Source of the DNA: the human T2T-CHM13v2.0 reference genome, Homo sapiens
Strand: one strand, 5' to 3'
Assembly (NCBI RefSeq): GCF_009914755.1
Contig: NC_060940.1
Length of the DNA stretch: 64,000 bases
The notes beneath the pieces were generated by a model. It was given only the letters and a program-made list of their open reading frames with translations. It made no database searches and was not told the DNA's origin. Below are positions 33,067 to 48,469 of the stretch, in pieces. A program made the translations under genes and the position numbers. Positions within the stretch are counted from its first letter, which is position 1. The number at the start of each line of letters is the position of its first letter.

Positions 33067-33597
33067 GTAAGAAAACAAAACACAGTCACAGGCAGGAATA
33101 TAGCCTTCCATGAATTATTCTGGGATCTTCCACACCTCTCAGGTCACATTCTACCGAGTCCTGTGCCGCGATTCAGGCCAGGGTGTCTGCACCTCTAGGG
33201 TCAGAGTGAGACCTGAGGGAAAAGTGCCTGGGGCAGAGGATGAGTCATGCAGCCCCACCTGCCCCTGCACCCAGGTGTCAGGCTTCCTCCTCTTCACAAG
33301 GCAGATGGCTTCTCCTAAAGCCAACCTGGAAGTAGAATCTCAAAGAACTGAACCCCGCTTTGGGGAAGCCTGGTGTAGAGGAACCCATGGGCTTTTATTT
33401 GGAAGGCTGAAAGTTGTCTTCTGTACTGGGGAGGCTGTCCCTGCTGCCTGATGGAAGGCCCTGCTCAGCCACCTCCTAGTCTTGACCCTTTGTGCAAGTT
33501 CCTCACCTTTCTGAAATTCAGTGACCAGCCTTGGCTGTGCTGTAGGGACACAGGGCAGGGAAATCTCTGAGAAACGAGCATGAGTGAAGATGTCACA

Positions 33598-34298
<701 letters not shown>

Positions 34299-35439
34299 TC
34301 AGATTTTTTTTTTAATTCCAATTGCTGCCATATTGGACATTCCTAGAGCAGAACCTGGCTTAGGTTTCCAGGGAGCAGCTATTGTGAGGAGTGAGCACTT
34401 GGGAGGGACTTGGGATTTCTCCAGGGGCCTCTGGGACCTGGGTGAGAGAGGCAGATTAGACTCATGGATGGAATTCTCTAACCTTCATTTTGGGGGTGGG
34501 GGGTTCACTTTCCTTGGGCTCTGTAGCACCACCCCACATATAGTAGGAAGGACCATCTCTGATCTCTCCTTATTGCTTTAGAGTGTTTTGAGCATTTCCC
34601 TTCCAAAAAAAGAAAAATCTTCACAAGTTTTTGCAGGGCTGATGAGCTCCTTTCTTGTCTTCCTGTAGCAGAGTCTATCAAGCTGCCTTGAGGGTTTCTT
34701 GTGCAGATTAAAAACTAGGCTTCATGAGCTCCGTTGGGCACTAGCCAGGCATCTTAACCACCTTCCCAAGGAAAAGCATCTCATTGTTTAATGGCGGGTT
34801 GAAACTTGGCAACCAAGGAGCAGAACCAGCATTCAGACTGGGTGAGCAGAGGCTCCAGCTTGGGTTGGAGGACCCTGGGACAACCTTGTCTAAATATCTT
34901 CTCTCATTCGCACATAGCCCGCCTCCTGCCAGGGTGTGAGATGTTAGCCACCAGCTGGACTGATGGTGACATTGGAGTGGTTCTCAGCAGTGTTTGAGAG
35001 CTGCCACCCCTCTGGAGGAAGGTCCCCCACCGAGGCCGCTCATCGGAGGTGGCTTTGGAGAAGAAGACTGTGTTGTGACTTTGGAGTGGCCCCGAGGGGC
35101 CCCTGCTGGCACAGATGCTCCACGCTTCCATCTCCCACCTGGTGCTTGCAAGAGGCTTGCTAGAGAAAATATAAGGATGCCCAGTGAAATTGGAAGTTCA
35201 GATAAACCAATAATTTTGTAGTCTAAGTGTATCGCAAATACTGCATGGAAAGGTTTCGTTGTATAGAACATACTTTTTGCTGAAAAATTGTTCATTGTTT
35301 ATTTGAAGTTCAAATTTCACTGGGTGCCGTGTATTCTCATTCGCTCAATCTGCCAGCCCTGGCTCAAAGGTGCCTCTTAAGAAAGACTCTTCTTGCCATG
35401 CTCGGGGCCTTGGCAAGGCTTTGTGGGAACTCTTCTCTT

Positions 35440-36149
35440 CTTTTTATTCTGATTTTGATTTTTGATTTGTTTTTATTTTTTAGAGGCAGTGATGTGGTTT
35501 GGATCTGTGTTCCTACCCAAATCTCCTGTCGAATTGTAATCCGCAGTGTTAGAGGTGGGGCCTGGTGGGAGGTGACTGGATCATGGGGGTGGATTTCCTC
35601 CTTGCTGTTCTCATGACAGTGAGTTCTCATGAGATCTGGTTGTTTAAAAGTATGTGGCACCTCCCGCTTCACTGTCTTCCTCCTGCTCCGGCCACGTAAG
35701 ATGTGCCTGAGTCCCCTTTGCCTTCCACCATGATTGTAAGTTACTGAGGCATCCCCCACCATGTTTCCTGTACAGCCTGCGAAACCATGAGCCAGTTAAA
35801 CCTCTTTTCTGTATAAATTACCCAGTCTCAGGTAGTTCCTTATAGCAGTGTGAGAATGGACTAATATAGTCAGGGTCTAACTGTCTCCCAGGGTGGAATG
35901 CGGTGGTGTGATCATAGTGCACCGTGCACTCTACCTCTCGGGCTTAAGCAGTCCTCCTGCTGCAGCCACCCATGTAGCTGGGACTACAGGTGCACACCAC
36001 CGTGCCCGGCTACTTTTTTCAATTTTTTATAGAGATTGGGCCTTGTTATGTTACCCAGGCTGGTCTCAAACTCCTGGGCTCAAGCGATGCTCCTGCCTCA
36101 GCTTCCTAAGGTGCTGGGATTAAAGGTGTGTGAGCCACCACACCTGGCC
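35440..36149 (-). mobile_element. Alu (AluJ-type) split by an MSTA LTR
   Basis: Tail and 'ttagaggcag' at 35440-35489; the body resumes at 35869. Confidence 0.88.
35490..35868 (+). mobile_element. MSTA-type MaLR solo LTR
   Basis: Starts tgatgtggtttgg.., ends ..gagaatggactaatata; 5-nt TSD ggcag / gtcag. Confidence 0.9.
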
Positions 36150-36921
36150 TGTGGGAGCTCTTCACCGGGGACCAGGGCACGTGATGCTAGGTGGTTTTTC
36201 TCGTTGCTGACAGATTGTGACTGAGCCCCTGCCTTGGGCCAGCTCTGTGCCTGCACAGGGAGAGCAGAGACGAGTGCCCCACCTGATGTATGGGGCCTCC
36301 TGGGCGAGGTACCGAGGCCCACTGCAGACAGCAGTTTCCTCATCTGTTACGCGCCGTCGTCATAGAACATTCCTCCTCGTGTTCTGTGAGGTTGGAATGA
36401 CCCCGTTCCTCCACTGCCTTCTCTCAGCTCTTTGTTTCTTCACCTTGCTTGGTCTTCGGTCCAGAAGGAGCATGACGGTCTCAGAGAAAGCCTTGTCCCG
36501 GCCCCGATGCTCACTGCCCAGGGTGTCTTTGTTACAAGCCAGGGGCTACTAGCACAGATACACGGAGCAGGATTGGCTATGGAATGTGTGGGGCCCAGGC
36601 CAACGTGACAGTGTGGAGCCCCTGGTTCCAAATTAATGAGAATGGTGGGCAGCAGCTCACCACGCAGTCCCAGTGTGGACCCTCTGTGACAGCTTGGGTT
36701 GCACACCAAGCAAGCTGGCCCTGCCCACAAACACCAACCAGACACAGGGGTGGGGTGGGGTCTGTAGGATGAGTGAGGGGGTTCTGGATCACAGAGCCCC
36801 TGATCACTGAGTGGTGGAAACTGCTCAGACCTGGGGACCTGTGCCTGCCTTCTGGGGCCACGCTGCACAGCCCAGCCTGGTATGGCCCTATGGGTGGGGC
36901 CATGCTACCATGCATCCTAGG

Positions 36922-37175
<254 letters not shown>

Positions 37176-37737
37176 CATCGTGGCCCACGCGTCCTAGTTT
37201 TTCAAGAGAATACGGAAATTGTTTATTAATAAAACCTCTTTCTTAATCAGTGGCAGTTGTTTTGTATTTCGAGAAACTCCCCTGAAGGCAAAATTAAGCC
37301 GGTGCTCTGGAGTGGCATTTGGTGTGATTGATAATTACCCGCTGACCTGTGTGGTCACTGGATTGATTTGTGTCTCCCTCGCTGGCCTGTGAACTCCACG
37401 AAGGCCACAGCAGTGTGTTCATTGTTCTACCCTGACCCCCAGCACCACATTCGGCACATTTTGGTGCCCCATAAATAACTGTCCCATTTGAATAGGAACA
37501 CACCAGATAGAGGTCTTGGACCTGCTTTTCCTCCACTTAATAATAATATCGTGAGCATCTTTCTTGTTATTACATGTGATACTACATGTAAGGGCTTAGG
37601 GACCATTCATACGAGATAGTTGCTCAATCAGTGTTGGTTGCCTCGATGGCGCTGATGGGTGATCGCCTGTTCTATAGGGTCATTTCTGACCAGGTGAGGA
37701 AGACGTACCAAAGCGAAGATGTTTTGTGTTTCCTCAG

Positions 37738-37877
37738 GATGCCAAGTTTGTGGAGGAACGGAGAAAGCAGCTCCAGAATTACCTGCGCAGCGTCATGAAC
37801 AAAGTCATCCAGATGGTCCCCGAGTTCGCTGCCAGCCCCAAGAAGGAGACCCTCATCCAGCTGATGCCCTTCTTCGT
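37738..37877 (+). CDS. SNX29: Internal coding exon of sorting nexin 29 (C-terminal half of the PX domain), 140 nt, phase 0 in / phase 2 out
   Basis: Acceptor ...gttttgtgtttcctcag ends at 37737 and donor gtaagt is at 37878-37883. The open frame DAKFVEERRKQLQNYLRSVMNKVIQMVPEFAASPKKETLIQLMPFF+GT has the PX-domain F(V/I)EERRxxLQxYL signature and matches the SNX29 protein as I recall it. The neighbouring exons (..PPKKAIGNK and DITPPGEP..) are not in the window, consistent with long introns. Confidence 0.93.
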
Positions 37878-38426
37878 GTAAGTACTGCTCCCACGGACAT
37901 GGGCCGCCAGCCCTGCCAGCATTTTTTTCTCGGTCGTTTTGGAAGGTCAGGGAGCACAGCGGCTCTCCGTGATGCCCTGATCGCCATGGGACCCAGGTGA
38001 ACTCCAGGGGCTGTTCCAGGTGCCAAAGTGGAGGTTGGGTCTCAGCGCTTTGGAGCTTCTAAAGGGATGGGAAGAGAGCAGGCCTGCAAATGAGCATTGT
38101 TGACTTGAGGCTCACAAAGAAACTTGGGGCTCTGTGATTTTGTACTTTCACACATTTCGATCAAGGGAAGATTAATTTTCTGTACAGCCCACGGGTGCTC
38201 CAAAACTGAAACAAATTGTGTCAGTGTTTCTCAAGCTTGGGTAATGAACCCAAGGAAAGTTCTCCCAGACTCCTACCAGTATTGACTTAAATTATTTTTA
38301 TATGAGTTTTACTTAAAAATGAACATTAATATTATTTAAATGCCTTCTTCTCTCTTGAAAAAAGTAAAAAAAAAAAAAAATTAAAAGAGTTTACATATTA
38401 TGCACTTAGAAAATCAGTACACTTCA

Positions 38427-38762
<336 letters not shown>

Positions 38763-39587
38763 TCATTACACTTCAAAATTGTCAATTAACCCAACGGATG
38801 CTGCTGTTTTCAAGAAAGCTAATCTTGGCTCGAAATGTCATGCAGTGACTTCTTTTCGCCTGCCACATGCCAGGCGTGCTGACTTCATCCACCCCTTTGC
38901 TCTGGTCCCATTGCTGGGAAACGTCAGGCTGTCCTTTTGACGTCCCTGCCTTGCCACTGATTAGTCCACTCTGTTGTCATAACCTGGGAATGCTGACATT
39001 TACATCCTTGGAATTAGGGGAACCAAAACCATCAAGCCCGACTTGGTTTTTATGGTCTTCAGATGCTACAGAATGTAATTGTATTATTTCTAAAATCTTA
39101 CCGTGATAGAAACACAAAACGTAAAAATCCATAGAGAAGACCTGTGGGATTGGGACTTATTCGAGAAGCACTGTTCTGGGTCGGTGTGATTTGTATGAAA
39201 TGCTGGGGTAATATAAGAGTTTCCTGTCACTGTAGCTGTTTAACGGTTGTTCTAATGGTGTTGCTGGGTTCAAAACAGAGGGTGCATTTCTGCTCCCCTC
39301 TGTGGGGTGCACCTTTGGGAGCCGGCTTCTGTGGGGTGTGCTCCTGTCTGTGGGGTGTGCCCAGCGGTACCATCCAGATCGACATGAGCAGCTGCCTGTC
39401 TTCCCTGCCTAGGCCCTTTGAAATTGTCTCCAAGATGGTTGCTTAGATTTTCTAATTGTTCCGGGGTTTTTGTGAGAAGACATTATAGTATCCTGCTGCC
39501 TGTGATAAGAGGTGCCTTTTTGTCCTGAATAGAAAACAGTTTCTAGAACGCTTTATTTTTCTTTTCTTCTTTTATTTGTAATGCCAG

Positions 39588-39651
39588 GGACTGGATCTCA
39601 CTGTTTGGAAATGGCCGCGATAGTTCACGTGAGGAGTTCTCATCCTCTTAG
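39588..39651 (+). CDS. SNX29: Candidate alternative terminal coding exon of SNX29, adding (V)DWISLFGNGRDSSREEFSSS-stop
   Basis: Long polypyrimidine tract at 39551-39577 with no intervening AG before CAG 39585-39587. The first base G completes the split GT codon (Val). The frame is open to TAG 39649-39651 and is followed by non-repetitive, CpG-retaining sequence and poly(A) signals. Confidence 0.6.
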
Positions 39652-40460
39652 CGGCATCCCCATGGCCCAGGGTGCACGGGGGAATTAGCCTCTCGCGGAG
39701 TCATCACGCATCGACTGAATTCCCTGGTGAAAACTGAGTTAGCCAGTTGTTCCTAAGATACTCCTGATGCTGAGAGTGTGAGCAGGAGGCGCTGCCCCAT
39801 CCGCAAGTCAGTGTCCCCCACCCCCTGCGGGGTCCACAGCCCAGGCATCTCCGGTCCAGTGTTTCCCAAACATTCGCGTGCCGAATTGTAAAAAGTGCAC
39901 GTTAATGCGAGCCTGTAGGTGTGACATGAATCTCAGCCATGCTGGTTGCCATCAGTCAGCACGGAGAGAGAAACCTTTTGTGCCTAATTAGCACGCAGAA
40001 CAGAACACAAGGTTCGATTTATGGACTTTTCAAAACGAGAATTTCAGTGGGAGACTGTGGCAAATGACACAGTGTTGACACTGGAATTTTGACTACATGT
40101 TGGTCTAGACCCCAGTTGAAATTAAACAGCTCTTTTAATAAAAGCTCTTTGGCTTTCCTCACTGTTCCAAATCCCACAGCCCCCTTCTCCTTCTTCCTTT
40201 TTGAGCAGGATGGGATTACAGGTCGGAATGTACGGATTGTTTCATTTTGGGGTAATGATGGATCAGCCACAGCCAAGCCTTACCCGTGCTGACGAATCTC
40301 CATGTGATCGTGTCCTTTCTCCATGTGCTGCCCACAGAAAGCAGCGAGACTGCTGTGTCAGCTGGAAAGCTGAGCCTGAGAGATTTCTGGTTAAAAAAAA
40401 ATAAAAAATAAAAATCTCCTGCCTAAGGAAATAAACCCCCAAAGCATAATTATTCTTATA
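39652..40460 (+). other. Putative 3' UTR of the alternative SNX29 last exon
   Basis: Repeat-free, relatively CpG-rich stretch between the stop codon and the clustered poly(A) hexamers; the 3' end is uncertain. Confidence 0.45.
40121..40435 (+). terminator. Cluster of candidate polyadenylation signals
   Basis: ATTAAA 40121-40126; AATAAA at 40137-40142, 40400-40405, 40407-40412 and 40430-40435, with U-rich sequence downstream of both groups. Confidence 0.5.
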
Positions 40461-40855
40461 AATTTTGACAGATTTTCTCCTTGGTTCTTTCAAATGTTGA
40501 TTTAGGATCCAAAAAGTCCATTTGAGTTACTGAACGTAACCGGATTGTTCACTAAAGAGAGGGCCCCCCATTTTCCTGTGGATGTCAGCTTTGTGTTTCA
40601 CAGCACCCATCTCATCTCATCTTCTGGAGAGCCAATGAAATCTATTTCATAGTGTTGAGGAAAGTGAGGCTCAAAGGGGCGAACTGGCTGGTCCCGGGGT
40701 CCCCACCCAGCACGTGGGGATCCTAGGGTGTTTGGCACCATAGCCCGTGTTTTTGGGATGGAGGTGGGAAGCCTGCACCCTGTGGACTGAGCCTGATTCT
40801 CCAACTTATTTTATTTAGCCAGTATAGTGGGGTTTTGTTTTGTTATTTATTTTTC

Positions 40856-41164
<309 letters not shown>

Positions 41165-41248
41165 TGTTATTTATTTTTCTTAATTCAAGTACTTGCCAAC
41201 ATCAAAAAATTAGAAGGTGTCAGATAAAAAAATCCAGACGTCAAGCTT

Positions 41249-41539
41249 CTTTATTTTGAGACAAGTTCTCACTCTGTTGCACAGGCTGGAGTGCAGTGGC
41301 CCAATCTTGGCTCACTGCAACCTCTACCTCCGGTTCAAGTGATTTTCCCGCCTCAGCCTCTGAGTAGCTGGGATTACAGGCATGTGTCACCACGCTCAGC
41401 TAATTTTTGTATTTTTTATAGTAGAGATGGGGTTTTGCCATGTTGGCCAGGCTGGTCTCAGACTCCTGACCTCAGGTGATCCGCGTACCTCGACCTCCGA
41501 AAGTGCTGCAATTACAGGTGTGAGCCACCACCCCCAGCC
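41249..41539 (-). mobile_element. Alu (AluS-type)
   Basis: Antisense dimer; agcttct on both flanks. Confidence 0.93.
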
Positions 41540-43543
41540 TAGCTTCTCTTGAAAAATCAGAAGAATTGGTCACAGCACCATTCCCCCACTCTCCCACACT
41601 TGGATGCCCCGTGTCCACTGAACCCCCATCTCCTGTTGTCTCCTGGGCACTGAGCCAGCATCCCCTCCATGCTGTTTGCCTGGTTATGTCATACATTTGG
41701 GTGGATCACCTGCCTGCATGACTACCTGGCTCTGGAGTTTGCAGTCCTGGCTCTTCCCCACTGCTCCCACGGCCCCTCCATTTGAATCTGTGGACATCCA
41801 CGTTACTCATGATGCATTCGGTTTGCACACTGTGCCACTGTGTGTTCTGTGAACAGGGCCACTGATCAGCTTCAGGAATGGTGGTCCCATTCTGGTTTGG
41901 GAACTGAGAAGGTGGGCAGGAAAGATAAAAACCAGTGGGTAGAAATTGCTTGTGTTTTTCCTCACAAATATTACTTAAAACTTTCAGTCCAGTATTAGAT
42001 GGAACCTGCTTTCACACACACTCTTCCATTTTTAAATTCCATTTGACGTGTCCATATTTCACTGTGTTCTGTAAGAGGCATCATGACTTCTAAGTAATCT
42101 GCCATCTGCACAAATCTGAGTTGAAGAATCGGCAGGTTGAGTTTTTCCTCCCAGTCTCTGTGCCTCCCGTTGCCTCCCTTGCTAATGCCAGCTCTGAATT
42201 GGAAAGTAGGCCGGTGGGAAGTGGGGCATTTCTTTTCTATTTTGAACTCTGTATATCAGTGTGGCCCAGGGGGGACCAGAGTCTACTCCCCAAGACAAGG
42301 AACAGATGAGTGCCAGCCTCCCAACACCCACATCTTTGGGAAGCCCCGTGCTGTGTTCGTCGTCTGACATTTGGGGAAGGGGTGGTTACTAAGAGACGTG
42401 ACACTTTGCAGATGGCAGAGATCCCCGGGGAGATGTGAGGTACCGTTCGTGGAGGGAGGCTCGGACTCCAAGAATTCGCTCAGTGAGACTGGACCGCAAA
42501 TCGGTGACAGCTTCAGTGATTTGCCGTGCTGTCATTTAGCGCATTATTAAAATGGTTTTCTGCAGAGTAATTTAACTTTGGGAAATACATTATGTTCTCC
42601 TGCTCCTTGAGGAGAGAGAAAGTTAGGGGGCTGGAAGGTGGCAGAGTAATGTAGGTCACAGCACAAATTCCCAACTGGATTTTCAGCAGAAAACCCAGTC
42701 TGGGTTTCCCCCGCCGCCGCCCCCATTTGCTGCTGCATTCTCTCTTAGGGTTGTGAAATATATCCATTTTTTGCTGAAATATGAGCTGCCTTGTTCTCCC
42801 AGTGAGCAGGTTACGTTTAGCTCAGCGATGCCACACCCTGACCTGTGCACTGCCAGGGGTCACTTGAACCTAAGCTGCTTTGCAAGTCACTGCTAACAGG
42901 AAGTAGCAACTTTTGACTTCCCTTGTTTTGTGGACTGGCCAGAACCTTCCAGACTCCAAAGTCCTCAGCGTTACCCAGTTGCCAGTAAGGAGTGGTGATG
43001 CCATGCAAGAGATCTCAAAGCTGCAGGCATATTGGTTAGGTGTGTGTTCAGTAAAGTGTCCATGCATGTGACTTTCCATGGGCAAGTGTGTCCCAGTTCG
43101 GCACCGTTCCAACTACTCCCTCTTGCTTTTCCCCTTGGCCTGCTCTGCTGACTTACATCAACCACTTGGCCCTCTAAGGCAGGTGAGTTTGAGACCCCTG
43201 GTAGCCACATAGAAAGTGCGGTGTTGATTTTGGAGTTGCTGATAGTCTTTGGCTCTTCCACTGAGGAGGAAAGTGGTCTTTTAGGAGCTTTTAGAACAGC
43301 GCATCACACATAGTAAGCACTGTATGTGTGTCACTGTTTGTACCAACAGAAAGGGAGCCTCGGGGAAGGAGATTGTGGGGAGCAGATATTTTAGGGAAAG
43401 TGATGAAGTTCTAGTGTGGAAAAACCCTAAAACACTACAGAAAGAAGATGAGGAAGTAAACAGCACCCACCCCATGCACACCTACCCTTGCACTCACTGT
43501 CAAGTCTTTTGTGTAACTGCAGAAATCATCAATATTTATGTAA

Positions 43544-43893
<350 letters not shown>

Positions 43894-46800
43894 ACCTTTC
43901 TTAATTTAATAAAACTGGCTCAGTCCTTCTGAAAGGTAATAGTATCCACCGTAATGGCTGTTTCATAATTTATTTCACCCTTGCTCTACTTGAACAGTTA
44001 AGAGGTTTCCAGATTTTTCTCCCCCAGACTGTAGTCTGGAACATCTCGATGGATACACATTTTGGCAGGTAGAGCTACAGGCTTGATGTGTAGAAGCCAT
44101 TCTGGCTTAGAGGGTATGTGCATTTTAAATTTTTCCTGACATCACTAAAGCCCACCCTCTTATACCAATTTGATATGCAGGGTTTGATCTGGATCGAAGG
44201 GGAAGCCACTCTTCCCAGGTGTGCAGAACAGCTGCAAGAAGCAGGGAGCCCCAAGTCATCCCCTGTGCCTGGAGAACAGGGCACTTGGCCCTATGGTCAG
44301 GGCGCACTGGGACCTGGGGTGGAAGTCTTGGTCTCTGGGGGCTGGAGCCCTTGCAGGTGTGTGAACTCAGGGCTGTGCTTTCCGAAGAGCACGCCAGGAC
44401 TGGGTATAGTGGATGGATTGGGCGATGGGCTAGGGTGCCCTCAAAATGTTGCAGACAGAAGGCAGGGAGGGCCTGACCCAGATGGCCAAGAGGAAAGGGG
44501 GACATGGGTTTGGAAGGCCCTACCAAGAGGGGACGTGGGGCCCCACTGTCTCAGGTGTGCAGCACCATCTGCCCCATGGTCCTCATGGCAAGGGGGCAGC
44601 AGCGGCATTGCCATTCTCTGGGATGAGGACGGTGAGAGTTGAGTAGGTGACTAGGCTGCCTGCTGGGGCAATGGAAGGGGAGCAGCAGAAGATGCCGAGT
44701 TTTGAGGCTGAATATCTGGGTGCAGAGAGGTCAAGGGGACAAGGAGGGGAAGCCCGCTTGGGAGCAGATGAGATGAAAAGGAAGCATTGGGGTCAGAAAC
44801 TGGTCTACGTGCATCCTGAAGGCAGGCCCAGAGCCAGGCGAGGGCAGAGTGAACGTCTTCTAGGATGGCCGCCTGTGAGCTGCCTTCAGGTAGCAGTTTC
44901 TCCCAGGCATGCCTCAGGAAATGTATGTCTTCTCCCCTCTCACGTCACAAGAAAAACCAGTCAAGAGGTCGGAGAGTGTGTTATAACCGTCCTGCTGAAA
45001 ATTAAGATGTAGCAATCACAGTTTCGAGGAATCCACAGCGACAGAGGAGAGGCAGGAGCAGGAGGTGTCACCACATGGAGCTGCAGGTCTGGGTCGCCGT
45101 TTACAGGAACCAGGACAGGAACATGTGGGAGAGACGTGGTCACGATCTCATTAGTCAGGATTGCCTTGCACTGATGCCATGCTGTAACTGTGTGTTCCTG
45201 GCTCTGTCTACTGCAAACAATGAATCATTCTTGCAAATAAATACTAATATGTTTATGTAAATTGTGTACTTTCTGTGAGTGGCATTCCAAGAAGTAAAAA
45301 GTTTTGGAAGCACAATAAGTCCTTAAATTGGCATTCTGGACACCAGACTCTGTAGCGTCATGAGCCTTGCTAGCAGGTGCCTGTGTTGTGTGGTTCTTTC
45401 AGCAGCTCCCAGCAGCGTTCACTTGTGTTTCCCAGCGTTTGTATATTCATTCTAGGCTGTCGTGTTTTGTAAATCCTACTAAGCTCAATATTATTAAGCA
45501 AACAGTTTTAGATGTCTATGATAATGGATAAGTAGTGGGAAGGATGTTAGTAATAGTTTAAGAATAACTTATGATTTGGAGAATTCCTAAGAACTTGCAG
45601 GAATTCTGACTTCACCATCTGAAATCCCAGTCTGTCTGAGGTATTTGGAAACACTCTTTGGGATGCGATTTCCTGATATAAAACGTGGAATTGGCTGACA
45701 TATGGGGGATCACAGAGGTTACGAAGTCAGGGTCAGGTGCCCAGGGAAAGAGAGGGCAGGAAGAGGTGTTGGCCTTGGATGGAAGCTGGGGACAGGGCAG
45801 GAGCCTGGAGTCCATGGGGCAGAGGCAGGAGGAGGTGCGAAAGCTGAAGACAGCCTGGTCAGCCTAGCGAGGGGAGCCAGTGTCTCCCAGAGAAGCCTTC
45901 CCCTGCGTGAGAGAGCTGCAGAATCAACACCTAGCCCCAGAGCGTTAAGAACAGCAGGCCGTCCTCCTCTGCTGCCAAGTTGGCTGCGGACCCAGGGAGC
46001 GGGTGGCGCAGCACGGCTGTGGTGGCATCCCTGAGCCCCTCGTCTGTGGGGAGAGTGCCACCAACAAGTCATCAAGGGCAGGAAGGGGAAACGATGGTGC
46101 CTTTGCAAGCCACAGCCCACATCACACCTCCGGGGAGGGACAGGTTCAACTCGACAGCTCTGCTTAGAAACACGGCCGCCTTTGCCAGGCAGGGCCTCTC
46201 TCTGAACAAACTGGATTCTGGAACCAGCAGCCATCTGAGGCCACAGAGGACACTTTGCTGCTGTTTTGCCCAAAGGGCAGCTGATTCTCCTGTGGAGTGC
46301 TTTGCAGAATCCGTAGCAGCTTCCTGGAAAGTCAGCCCTAGTCACTGTTCGTGGGCTGGTACCTGTGGCCCTGTGGGTCCTGGGATAGCTTAGATGCTAA
46401 GAGGCTGTTTGAGGTCATGGAGTCTTTCGCCCCTTTTGTGATGTGTTGATGCATATTTCCACCCCACAGGAGGTGAGACACTAATGTTGCACCTCCCCAC
46501 CCCCATCCCCAGCAGTGGGGTTCCTGGACAGACTTGTCACATCAGAGAGCAGCCCGTCAGCCACTGCAGCCTTTTGTCCTCATTTCTTACTTTCTTAGCC
46601 TCGTCATTATCAACCAGGTATATTATTTGGAGGGAGGAGACACCCCGCTACCTGGACTGATACCCCAAATTGGGGCCTTGGTTCTGTGATCTTCCAGCAT
46701 CAATAGGCACCCCAAATTTACCTCTGTCGACTGGATGCCTTGGCAAACTCAGGTGCCTGTAGGTCTGGGTGGGTCATATAAGTGAATTAAGCCATTGAGT

Positions 46801-47811
46801 TGTCAGCAGGGAGTGGTGTGGAGTGCAGCTCATAGGCCCCATCAAAAGGGATCAGCCACTCCTCACCAGGCTGATTCCTGTTATATAGGACTGCAGCTAG
46901 CTGGATAGAAGTCCTTGACCTTTTCAAGACGTGGCAGAAATGCACATCTTCATATAAAATCTGATGTTTAAGTTGGTTGGAAACTCCTTTGTTTGCTTAA
47001 AACATCTGTGGGCCACATGGGGTCCACTGTACCTTAAAAGCCTTCCAGGGCAAAAGGGGACTTTGGTGCATAAGTCTGTTTAACATGTGAAGCAGTGCAG
47101 AGTGAGGGCAGCAGGGGATCCCACTTGACCCCAGGGGATCGCGATGACAAGGTGCTAACCAGGACAGCTCCAACACCAGGCCTCAGGGCAGCGCGGCCTC
47201 TGCGGTTCTGACTGAGGTCTTCATAAGAGTGTGGGCTCCATGAGAAAGGGTCCATTGGAGTAATCGTCGGGCTAGAGATGTCTGCTCAGTGCCCAAGCAC
47301 CGCCGGCACACCTGCCGTCTTTCTCCGTGTGGGAGACGTGCTCCTAATGAGGGCCTCTGTGCCCAGCCAAATGTCCTGGTCTTTGGAGAGGTTTCCTGCA
47401 CCTCTCACACCTTCTCTGTGGCAGCTTCTTTTGCTTCTTGTCCTCTGTGTAGCCAGCGGCTGCACTCGGTTGCCTGTAGAAAGAACGCAGATTAGGGAGG
47501 CTTTGGTTTTTGTTTTCGGGGTTTGTTTTGCTTTTAGCAGCTCAGCAAGAAAAGTGGGTCTTTGGAGGGCAGTTGTGTCAGTTCAGGGAAATTGGTCACA
47601 GGTTATTAGGGTTGAAAAAGAAGTCTGGTATTCTCACCTGTTAAATTCAAAAAGCAAATTCCATTCATGGGTAAAATTCACCTGAAGGAGTTCCCTGCAG
47701 ACGGGCTGTCGGAGGATCTTTGATTCTGCTTTTCTTGGCGTTGCCACTCCCCTGTCACTCACTGCCCCTTGCCCTACTAAACCCAAGTGGCTTTCTTTCT
47801 GCGTCTACCCC

Positions 47812-48469
<658 letters not shown>

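Noticed and set aside
35490-35868. MSTA LTR as a sense alternative promoter splicing into the coding exon
   Set aside because: The usual MaLR donor appears mutated (aaccATGAGc instead of GTGAG) and the DUX4-type motif is degenerate (tgactggatca); the sequence gives no positive evidence.
37678-37693. Apparent 16-nt micro-exon (tag|GGTCATTTCTGACCAG|gtgagg) just upstream of the coding exon
   Set aside because: It would leave a 44-nt intron, too short for normal splicing. Used as an upstream acceptor it brings an immediate in-frame TGA, and its pyrimidine tract is weak.
37719-38000. 93-aa ORF overlapping the SNX29 exon
   Set aside because: Wrong frame; it runs through both splice sites. The real frame starts at 37738.
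44118-46393. 174-aa and 208-aa ORFs in GC-rich sequence
   Set aside because: No recognisable domain, and overlapping ORFs occur in several frames on both strands, as expected by chance at this GC content.
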